Source: Eledone cirrhosa
Taxonomy: Eukaryota
Direction: 5' to 3'
DNA: 64,000 nt
NCBI GenBank assembly: GCA_964016885.1
Contig: OZ024759.1
Span: 20,770,001 to 20,834,000 of the forward strand
Positions 52,766 through 64,000 of this stretch are shown here, piece by piece. A program made the translations under genes and the position numbers. Under the pieces are notes generated by a model that was not told the DNA's origin, did no database searches, and saw only the letters and a program-made list of their open reading frames with translations. Positions within the stretch are counted from its first letter, which is position 1; the number at the start of each line of letters is the position of its first letter.

Positions 52766-53417
52766 GACACACACACACACACACACACGTGTGAGTGCCA
52801 AAGAAAATAGCAACCAAATAACGCACAATCTGTAAAGCAGCTATGTAACCAGTTAATATATTATATATATATATATATATACACATTATATATATATATA
52901 TATATACACATTATATATATATATATATACACGCATGCGTGTGAAGCAACAACGATATTGAATCGTCACTGGTATTTCCTCAAATTACTTCCCAGTCCTA
53001 AAGCAGAAACACTTTAAACTACTTCGACGCATCAAATACAGTAAGTGAACGCATCATATTCTAACAAATAAAACACTTGACAATGAGTGCTGGAAATTCG
53101 AAACGTTTAACACACAAAAAGGCAAGGATGTAATATGAACAGTTGAAGCTCCAGAAGATAGTGAAGTATTGCATAAACTGAAGAGAGAGAGGAGAAGAGA
53201 AAATATATAATATAAATTAAAATATGAACAAACTTGGTAGATTTATGATATATATATATATATAGAGAGAGAGAGATATAGATGTGTGTGTATGTACAAG
53301 TGGAAGCTTAGTAAAATCGAAGCTTTGGCTGTGGGCAAGAAAAGTCGACCTACAATAGGAATGAGTTAGCAAAGCACATATATATGTATGTTCTTCTGGT
53401 GTTATAATTTCACAAAG

Positions 53418-54270
53418 TTTTACCAATAGAGAGAGAGTGGGTTTCTAACATAGACACAAGACTCTCTCATTGGAATTTACACAACATCAACTAGGTAGAT
53501 ATGCATGTGTAGATATGGATGTTATTGTATGTGTCGATGTGGATGTTTTGAGTTGTATGATGTGCATGTGTATATGCTTTGTATCTGTACATGTGTATAT
53601 GCAGTTACTAGATGCAATGTTTTACATATTTTTACTGTTCCATTAATGGATTGCACTTGTAATTTCCTAACTAGTTGTGTTCTTTCTGTTCCTGTGAAGC
53701 CTAGCTTCTCAAGATTTGTATTGGGGCAGTTACTAACATATCCCAGTGCCCCAATAATCACAGGCATAAATCTGAAGGTGTAATCAGGATGGAGTGTCTG
53801 CAGATTTCTCATCAGTTCTGCATAAATATTCTCCTTTTCACTAATCTTTGATATTATATTGGCATCTGCTGGACAGCTAATTTCCACTACTGTGCATGCT
53901 TTCTTCTACCTGTCCCATATCATAATATCTGGTCTGTTATGCCTGCATTTTATTGGGGTTTTTACTGGAACATTCCACCAGTACTCTTTCATATTATGTA
54001 CATGGATGTCTTCCACATTGTTATAGCTTTTAATGTGTTTATTATCGGGGCTATCTTTTATACGAACTGCATTGTACAGTGTTTTGGCCACTACATCATG
54101 TCTCATAGGTAGATAGTACCGCGATGACATCTTTGGACAGCTGCTGATGACATGGGTGATATCCTCGATGTTAGTTCTGCAGAGTCTGCACTTGTTATCA
54201 CATCTAGGTGTTTTGCCTGCATCCCTATCTTTTTTGTGAATCAGGTATTTCGTGCTAATCTCCTGGATTG
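53418..54270 (-). mobile_element. R4/Dong-type non-LTR retrotransposon 3' part: CCHC knuckle, restriction-like endonuclease and 3' UTR
   Basis: CRLCRTNIEDITHVISSC, RHDVVAK, RPDIMIWDR*KKACTVVEISCPAD, KENIYAEL, PVIIGALG; one in-frame stop. Confidence 0.87.
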
Positions 54271-54283
54271 TATGTATGTATGT

Positions 54284-54770
54284 CAAGTCAGGTCACCAGT
54301 TGGTGCTACTGGTAACATGTATCCCAGTACAACCTGTCTCATGGTCGAGTCGTTGGCGACTAAACTGGCAACCCTACCAAGGTTTCTTGGTGAGGAAGGT
54401 GACTTTGGACATCCTGCAGGACTAAAAACAAAACCTGTCAAAGGGCAAAGGAGCTCTTAAGAGTCATGGCCATCCAAAACACCGGGAGAGATGACCCCTT
54501 AGCCTTTGTCAAGGCAGAATTATAGGAGAAGGAAAACTCTGATATAACACCTGCAACCCTGGTGGTATCCAATGATGTTGACTTGTTCTTCTTTTTGGTA
54601 CCATGGGCCCAGCACTGTGTCAATAATTGTCACAAGTGTAGTGTTTGTACCAGAGTATTCAAGTCGCTGGCTGGACTAAAAAGTCACACTCGTTCAGCGC
54701 ATCGGTAGGGGTTCTCCTACATGGATATAAAGTAGTGGCCGTACTCGAAAACGAGTTGGCAACCACCATG
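54284..54770 (+). mobile_element. Probable internally deleted LINE derivative (5' UTR-like part plus C2H2 3' end) flanked by (TATG)n
   Basis: CSVCTRVFKSLAGLKSHTRSAH; tail shared with 47252-47520. Confidence 0.6.
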
Positions 54771-55075
54771 TATGTATGTATGTATGTATGTGTGTGTATA
54801 CATACATAATTTCATGTATGTTTGTGTGAATATATATATATATGTATATCGATACATAATTTCATGTATATATCTATCTTATTTTGATTAATAGAGTACC
54901 AGTAATACACTGGTTATTTGTTGGCCTTGTTCCAAAAGAAGAAAAAATTATGTATGTGTGTGTGTATGTGTGTATGCGCATTTTTTCATGTTAGAAGCCG
55001 TTCACGTCTGTCTCTTATAAACTAATACAAAAAATATAGACATTATGTATATGTGTGTATACCTGTCTGAGTATA

Positions 55076-55142
<67 letters not shown>

Positions 55143-55434
55143 GTGCACATATAATTAATTTACTGCTTTCATTCATTATACTGCGGCCTAGCTGGGGCAT
55201 CACCTTATTTAGACCTCGTTCATACGTTCATGAAACCTGCTACTAATTTTATCGATCATTGTTTGTCGAACCGCTATGTTAAGGGCCATAACAGTAAACG
55301 TAATCATACGAATACACATGAGCCTTCCTCACACACACATGAACCCAATGAACTCCCTCACACATACACACACACATGAACACCCCATCACACACATTAA
55401 TTACCCCCACCACACACACACACCCAATGAACCC

Positions 55435-55497
<63 letters not shown>

Positions 55498-55804
55498 CTC
55501 ACACCAACACATGACTAGAATAAATTGAGGAAGTTAAACAAGAATTCTTCATTGGCATATCATGCTTGGGAAAAGAAGAATCATATTTTGGTCTAGAGAT
55601 AAAAGGAAATATTGACTCAACGTTTCAGTCACATCTTCTGACTTTATCGATTTCGAAGTCAGATTTAGATCATTTTAGACATACAGAAAAAACGACTTAG
55701 TACATTTTTTGGCTAAATGTATTTCGTGGGTTCGATCCCTACAAAGGGCGGTGCTTTCTGTTCTTAAGCGATTCGCTTCATTTTACCTTGTTTTTTCAAA
55801 GAGG

Positions 55805-56455
55805 TTTGGTGTCCCTATCATTGAAACACCCAAGAAACTTATAGGATACAGCCTCGTAGCTGGAGTGGTTAAACATGGATAGGTGAGAGAATTGTAACAA
55901 CAATATGACCATATCTTTATCTATGATAGGACTGGGGTCCCTATCATTAAATACTCATGACACCTATGAGATACCAACTCGTAGAAAGGGAAACGAAACC
56001 TGCATAGGTGTGAGCTGTAACAGCAACATGGCCATATCAATATCTATGAAAGGACTGGGCTCCTTCTCATTAAAACACAGGGAGCCTATGAGACACAATT
56101 TTGTAGGGGGGGGGGGGGGGGCAGCTAAACTTGGATATGTTTGAGCTGAAACAACAATATGGCTAAATCTATCATATGACAGGCGTTCCTATCATCAAAA
56201 CACACTGGAAACCTATAAGATAGAACCTCGTAGGAGGAGCAACTAAACCTGCATAGATGTAGACTGTAACAACAACAATGGGTATATCTATAATAGTACT
56301 GGGGTCCTTGTCATTAAAACACTCAGGAGGGGCAACTAAATTTGAATACGTCAAAGCTGTGACATGATAGTACTGGAGACAACATCATTTTAAACCATTG
56401 AGGAACCCGCCTATGAGACACAACCTCATCTGACACTAGCTAAACCTGCATATGT
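55805..56455. repeat. Old degenerate ~123-bp tandem repeat, about 5 units
   Basis: gtccctatcatt / aaacctgcatag / ctgtaacaacaa recur at ~55811, 55937, 56059, 56185 and 56304. Confidence 0.75.
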
Positions 56456-56850
56456 GTGATTTGTGAGTATTAGAACATTTCATGTCTGTGGAGCAGGAAT
56501 GACAGACATTTGGTATGGGCCTTACCATTTTGAATGGTGGTGATCTTCGACTTAATTTTGAATTATTTCATTTCGTTCTGTTACTTGTGATCACGTCGTA
56601 TACACTTTACACCCCACTCTCTCCCCCTCTCTCTCTCACTCACATATATATACATATATATAATAATGAATATAATCGAAGTTGCAGCTGCACAATAGCA
56701 GCTGAACAACCGAATTATCGGTGGTCCTGTGGTAAGTTACTGGTGTAACTATGCATAGTTGGGTAGACTATGCTTTGGAGGCAAGGTTTCGATCTTTGCT
56801 GGAAATTTATATAAATATATATATATATGTGTGTGTGTGTGTCTGTGTGT

Positions 56851-57037
56851 AACCCGGGTACAATCGTGGGTAACCACAGTAAGTAAGGTACTCAATACAT
56901 AGCAGAGTATAGATATGTAATATAGAAATGGCTTCTACAGGACTAGAACTGTTTAATTCGAAGGAAATCATCAAGAAAGCCCTGATGATTTCCTTCGAAT
57001 GAAACATTTCCAGTCCTGTAGAAGCCATTTCTATATT
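56851..57037. mobile_element. Family P1 fold-back cassette (palindrome 56919-57037) with HHR core
   Basis: CUGAUGA tttccttcgaat GAAAC...ctGUA gaagc; tail shared with 14897-14960. Confidence 0.82.
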
Positions 57038-57514
57038 GATTAATTATATATATTTATATATATATATATTCATACATACATATATACATACATGGGCCTC
57101 CATTGGTTTCGATGAGGAGTGCTCCAGTTGATTTCATGCACGAGAAAGTAACACTCAATGTATTTGATAACTTGAAAATTTCCATAAGTTGAAAATTTCC
57201 ACAAGAAAAATCGAAATACGACAAATGAAAAAAAGCATCCACCTTCTTCAGCCATTTTCTTTGTTTTGCCTTGTTTCCCTTTGTTGACTTCTCTTTGTTT
57301 ATTTTAATACTTTAACATAATATTATATATATATATATATATATGTGTGTGTATGTGTGTGTTTATATATGTGTGTGTATGTATGTGTATGTGTGTGTTT
57401 ATATATGTGTGTGTATGTATGTGTCTGTGTGTGCGTATATATGTGTTTGTATATGTGTGTGTATATATATATGTGTGTGTTTGAATATATGTGTGTATAT
57501 ACATACATATAAGT

Positions 57515-58306
57515 GAAGGTGCATGGCTTAGTGGTTCGAGCGTCAGGCTTACAATCGTGAGTTCGATTCTCGGACAGGGCTTTGCGTTATGTCCTTAAGC
57601 AAGACAATTTATTTCACGTTGTTCCAGTTGACTCAACTGTAGAAATGAGTTGCGACGTCACTTGTGCCAAGCTGTATTGGCCATTGCTTTTCCCTTAGAC
57701 AACATCATATATAGTGTATATATATATTGTATAGAGTGCATCATATATAGGGTGTATATATTGTATAGAGTGCATATATTGTCTATATATATAATGTATA
57801 TATATGTTTTGATACCTCTGGTGCCAAGCTGTATCGGCCATTGCCTTTCCCTTAGACAACATCATATATAGGGTGTATATATTGTATAGAGTACATCATG
57901 CATCATATATAGGGTGTATATATTGTATATATACACCCTATATATATATATATATATACACCCTATAGTCTATATATATAATGTATATATATGTATCAGC
58001 CTTTCACTTTCCCTTGGATAACATCATATATAGTGCATATATATATATTGTATAGAGTACATCATGCATCATATATAGGGTGTATATATTGTATATATAC
58101 ACCCTATAGTCTATATATATAATGTATATATATGTATCAGCCTTTCACTTTCCCTTGGACAACATCAGTGGAGTGGAGAGGGGAGGCTGGTATGCAAGGG
58201 TGACCACTGGTCTTCCACAAAACAACCTTGGTCGACTTGTACCTCGGAGAGGAACTTTCTAGGTACAAATCCCATGGTCATTGGTGAGAGAAGGGGGTCT
58301 TTGCCC
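57515..58306 (+). mobile_element. tRNA-derived CORE-type SINE (family B) split by TA-rich inserts and local duplications
   Basis: A box tggcttagtgg, B box gagttcgattc, CORE-like tgtccttaagcaagac...ctgtagaaatgag. ttcccttRgaYaacatca repeated four times before the 3' part resumes at ~58165. Confidence 0.7.
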
Positions 58307-58689
58307 TTTATATATATAAATGTGGTAGGTGGAACCCGACAACGGGGCCAGCAGACAACAGGAGGATGTTCAGAAAAAAACCCAAAAAAACCTCCCACCA
58401 AGCAAGTGTTTCAGCCCTTGATTCATTCTAACACTGTAAAGGAGCCAGTCCCACCTAGGTCATGCTTCTCTGGGTGTCCTCCTCGTATTGTTGTTTTTCT
58501 CCTACATAGTGATCTTGTTTCCCATTCCTGTGGTTTACACCACTCGGCTGCCACTTCTTCTTTTCTTATCTTCGAAGCATGTGGTTATATGACAGTTTCC
58601 CATTTCTTTACACAGTCCTTTGCATTATTATTTGCATTATTATTTACTTTATGTAAACCCTTGTGGTTAATAAAGAAATCATTATTATT

Positions 58690-59025
58690 TGGCAGTATCG
58701 GTAGAGGGTTGGATTATGCTTTCCAGCATAGTTACGTCCCTTTACGATCTGAGTTCAATTCCTGCCGAGGTTGACTTTGCCTTTCAGCCTTACGGGGTCG
58801 ATAAAATAAAGTACCAGTAATGTACTGGGATAATTGCTGGCCTTGTGCCAAAAAGTAGAGACAATTATTATTAAATTCTGTGTTCAAATCCCGCCGAGGT
58901 TAACTTTGCTTTTCATCCTTACGGGCTCGATAAAAATAAAGTACCAGTCACGCACTGGGGTCGATTTAATCGACTTTGCCCCTCCGCCAAAATTGCTGGC
59001 CTTGTGCCTATATAAGAAACAATTA
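58690..59025 (+). mobile_element. Two tandem SINE family A copies
   Basis: Core and tail twice; the second has the long tail. Confidence 0.88.
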
Positions 59026-59034
59026 TTATTAAAT

Positions 59035-59190
59035 TCTGTGAGACCTTCTAAGCTGCACTGGTTGGGCAGTAGAGGGCAAACAAGGCAGTGCTGCATCGTA
59101 TGATCCTCCTCTCTGCATTCGCAGATGGTTGGGCCGGTCTTGTAGCCCCATCTGCCACTAAGAACCCTCAGAAGCTCCAACACTTCACAT
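59035..59190 (-). mobile_element. Vingi/Ingi-like LINE C-terminal CCHC fragment
   Basis: GRWGYKTGPTICECREEDHTMQHCLVCPLLPNQCSLEGL resembles the KWGY..CECGEEQT..H..C end of Vingi elements (from recall). Confidence 0.62.
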
Positions 59191-59206
59191 CTTCGTATCT
59201 ATTTAA

Positions 59207-59436
59207 CCCTTTAACATTCACATTACTCTATATATACTATTATATTTTCATGGTAAAGGCTTTACCTCACATAATTATCTCAATTAATATCTCACCTATG
59301 AGATTTTGAAAGTATTTATTTTGAGAACAATACCATAACATCAGTTTGAGTGACCAGTTACAGCCAGTTTCAACAGAAAGAGCTAGAGAATTCTGGCTGG
59401 TTTTGGCAGGTTTTGGCCAGTTTGAACACTAAAAGG
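59207..59436 (-). mobile_element. piggyBac-like MITE, unexpanded 230-bp copy of 12929-13595
   Basis: TTAA on both sides (59203-06, 59437-40); single copy of the unit expanded at 13 kb. Confidence 0.85.
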
Positions 59437-59815
59437 TTAAACAGCAATCTATGTTCGCGATTTGATGTATCCTAATACAGTCCCAGATAAAATAGCTGAA
59501 AGGGACGAACTGACATAAAGTTTGATGATTAAGTTGAGTTAGTGTTCTATAGGGAAATGTACTGTATATTCTACATAGGTTTCTTGATGTATTAAAATTG
59601 TATTTTCCTCCGTGTCACAGAAACAAAACGCATGTATGTATGTGAGCATAAATTGATGTATGTATTTATATGTATGTATGTGTAGATATATATATATGTG
59701 TGTGTGTCTGTGTATGTGTGTGCATATATGTGTATGTATATATTCGTGAATAAGTATACGTAAATATATCTATATTCATTTATGTATATATATATTTAAA
59801 TATATATATACATTC

Positions 59816-59879
<64 letters not shown>

Positions 59880-59981
59880 TCGTGAATAGGTATACGTATA
59901 CATAGATATAGGTACGTGTATATTCATATATACATGTATTACAGACCGATATGGAAACGATGTATGCATACACAATCACAC

Positions 59982-60036
<55 letters not shown>

Positions 60037-60413
60037 GTTTTGGCAAGAATTCAATGAACCTGAAGCTATATACATATACATTATATATATATATATTATA
60101 TATACATAGATATATTACACACACACACATATATACACCTACATATAAATATTATATATACATAGATATATTACACACACACACATACACACCTACATAT
60201 AAATATTATATATATATATATATATATTATATATACATAGATATATTACACATACATAGATATATTACACACACACACATATACACCTACATATAAATAT
60301 TATATATACATAGATATATTACACATACATAGATATATTACACACACACACACATATACACCTACATATATATATTATATATATATACATATATATATAT
60401 TACACACACACAC

Positions 60414-60464
<51 letters not shown>

Positions 60465-61003
60465 AATATGCTATGTTCACTCAAGGCAAATATGTCGTAT
60501 AAGGCATAAATCATAAATATTTTATATTTATGATTTGTTTTGGCTTTGTTTTGTCTTTTTTTTTTATTTTTTTTTTTTTATTTGTTCCGGTGAATCGTTT
60601 GATTGTCTTGTTGTTGCTGTAGTTGTTGTTGTTGTTGGCTACTATAATATTAAAGATATATAGATATGAACGTCTATGTATACTACGCTCACACACACAC
60701 TCACACGCACATGTGTATATATTCACACACACACAGACATGTATATATTCACAAACACTCACACACATGTATATATTCACAAACACACACACACACACAC
60801 ACACATGTATATATTCACAAACACACACACACACATACATATGTATATATTCACAAACACACACACACACATACATATGTATATATTCACAAACACACAC
60901 ACACACACACATATGTATATATTCACAAATACACACACACATGTATATACACACACTCAGATATGTATATATTCACAAACACACATGTATATATTCACAA
61001 ATA

Positions 61004-61048
<45 letters not shown>

Positions 61049-61049
61049 G

Positions 61050-61085
<36 letters not shown>

Positions 61086-61411
61086 TTTATACGCATACAT
61101 AGGTTTATATATATATATATGATATATATATATAAATAAATATCGATAGTTAAAGAGATATATGCATAGACATATATACATTAAAACATGTGTGTTTGGA
61201 ATATGTGTGTGTATATATATATATATATATACACACTAACATTGGTAATAGGTATGTAATATATATGTGTGTGTGTGTGTGTGTGTGAGAGAGATAAGAG
61301 CCTCTAATTTAGCTAAATACATACGTTTTGCTGTGTTTAAGCTGAACGGATAAAGATAGTTGCTTTATCGACCAAAGTGTGTATGTATGTGTATATATAT
61401 ATATATACACT

Positions 61412-61443
<32 letters not shown>

Positions 61444-61623
61444 TATATATGTATATATAATACATTTGTTGCTAGTTGTCATTAGATTTCGGCCACTCTG
61501 GGCGCCAAGCACGGCAGATTGCAGATTTAACCGATTTCATATAACCCAAATATATATATTTTCTTTTCATGTTTCGTACTCATTTTATCGACTATTATTT
61601 GTTGAACCGCTATGTTACAGACA

Positions 61624-61706
<83 letters not shown>

Positions 61707-62057
61707 CTGTCTTCCACACCATTTCTGTCTACGATATTCTACTCATAAAGTAATGGTGAACCCAATGTGACACGCAGTGGGATTGAACCAACGCTTAATG
61801 ATTGCAGGAAGAACTTATACGCAGATAAATTCGTATCGGTGGCCACTTACTTAGCTCTTGCATGAGTCGTAGGGTCGCCGTTGTTGCACGATGGCATTTA
61901 GACCTGTCAGAACACAAACGATTTCTTCCAGAGAAAGACCGTGTACTCTCGCCCACCCCTCAACAGGCTTCTATTCAGTAACTGGGCTTCAGGCAACTCG
62001 TAGCCGCAAACCCTTTCACCACACAGCCACACCTGCACACACACACCGACACGCACG

Positions 62058-62176
<119 letters not shown>

Positions 62177-62239
62177 ACACACACACGCTGATATACAGAT
62201 TCATCGCAAGGTCTATACATTTTATAAGGGTTTGTGTAT

Positions 62240-62508
62240 TATCGTACGTGTATGTGTACATATATGCATATATATATATATATATACATATATACATATA
62301 CATATGTACGTGTGTATATATGTACATCTATATATACGTGTGTATATATGTGTGTGTGTATATATATGTATATATCTACATATATATATATGTATATATC
62401 TACATATATATATATGTATATATCTACATATATATACACATATATATCTACATATCTACATGTATGTGTCTGTGCATGTGTATATATATGTATGTGTGTA
62501 TATGTGCA

Positions 62509-62552
<44 letters not shown>

Positions 62553-62626
62553 TATATGTGTCTGTGTATCTCTATATATATATATGCGTATGTATGTATG
62601 TATATGTACGTGTGTGTGTATGTATG

Positions 62627-62657
<31 letters not shown>

Positions 62658-62805
62658 GCTTATGTATGTATATGTACGTGTGTGTGTATGTATATATATA
62701 TATATATGCGCTTAAGCGTGTATATGTACGTGTATATATATATATATTTATATACATATACATATACCTATATATATATATACATATATATATACATATA
62801 TATAC

Positions 62806-62868
<63 letters not shown>

Positions 62869-62933
62869 CATATATATATACACACATATATATATATACA
62901 TATATATATATAAATATACATATATATATATAC

Positions 62934-62968
<35 letters not shown>

Positions 62969-62981
62969 CATATATATATAC

Positions 62982-63054
<73 letters not shown>

Positions 63055-63173
63055 TATATATACACACACACATATACATATATATATATATATACATACA
63101 TATATATATATACACACATATATATATATATATATACACACACACATATATATATATATACACACACACACAC

Positions 63174-63205
<32 letters not shown>

Positions 63206-63315
63206 GTATGTGTATATGTACGCGTGTGTGTGTGTGTGTGTATATATATGTATACATACATACGCATATATATGCGTATGTATGTATGTATGTATGTATG
63301 TACGTGTGTATATAT
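62240..63315. repeat. (TA)n/(TACA)n compound microsatellite, one of many (e.g. 9340-9810, 10635-10895, 17290-17630, 32420-33135, 59690-61140)
   Basis: Read directly. Confidence 0.95.
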
Positions 63316-63421
63316 CCCCAGTCGGCCTGCTCGTCAACAGATCAGCTTTGAATGCACAAATCGTATTTCTGTTATCTATAAATATATCTACAGCATCGAT
63401 ATTTTTGCTTCACAATCGTCT

Positions 63422-64000
63422 TCGCCACCTTCTCCACCATCGCCACCTTCTCCACCATCGCCACCATCGCCACCTTCTCCACCATCGCCACCATCTCCAC
63501 CATCGCCACCTTCTCCACCATCGCCACCTTCTCCACCATCGCCACCTTCTCCACCATCGCCACCTTCTCCACCATCGCCACCATCGCCACCTTCTCCACC
63601 ATCGCCACCTTCTCCACCATCGCCACCTTCTCCACCATCGCCACCTTCTCCACCATCGCCACCTTCTCCACCATCGCCACCATCTCCACCATCGCCACCA
63701 TCTCCACCATCGCCACCATCTCCACCATCGCCACCATCTCCACCATCGCCACCTTCTCCACCATCGCCACCATCTCCACCATCGCCACCATCTCCACCAT
63801 CGCCATCATCTCCACCATCGCCACCTTCTCCACCATCGCCACCATCTCCACCATCGCCACCTTCTCCACCATCGCCACCTTCTCCACCATCGCCACCTTC
63901 TCCACCATCGCCACCTTCTCCACCATCGCCACCTTCTCCACCATCGCCACCTTCTCCACCATCGCCATCATCTCCACCATCGCCACCTTCTCCACCATCG
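63422..64000. repeat. 18-bp (9-mer-based) minisatellite tcgccacc[t/a]tctccacca; runs off the window end
   Basis: Direct tandem units. Confidence 0.95.

Noticed and set aside
63372-63998. MVEKVA-repeat or Ser-Pro-Pro extensin-like protein
   Set aside because: Pure 9/18-bp minisatellite with no supporting unique coding sequence; cannot be fully excluded beyond the window edge.

Overview
Repeat-saturated, apparently gene-free eukaryotic DNA. The SINE families and the extreme (TA)n/(CA)n/(TC)n content suggest a coleoid cephalopod such as Octopus (inference). Almost every ORF in the track is translated simple repeat, and I find no intact host gene. The window holds a ~6.9 kb CGGTT/CGGTCATT satellite, several minisatellites, about 25 copies or fragments of one tRNA-derived SINE, piggyBac-like and mariner MITEs, and decayed RTE, R4/Dong, CRE and Vingi-like LINE pieces. 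It also holds a 5'-truncated Penelope-like element (PLE) with a GIY-YIG endonuclease. The main result is a dense set of hammerhead-ribozyme (HHR) motifs in short PLE-type cassettes sitting in (TA)n, many of them fold-back palindromes. Four copies (16605-16670, 18244-18309 minus, 18795-18860, 19323-19388) carry all three HHR core segments in a non-circularly permuted order, with compensatory changes in three helices. Two of these are in a direct repeat 528 nt apart, like a retrozyme. All folds were derived by eye; none has been computed or tested.
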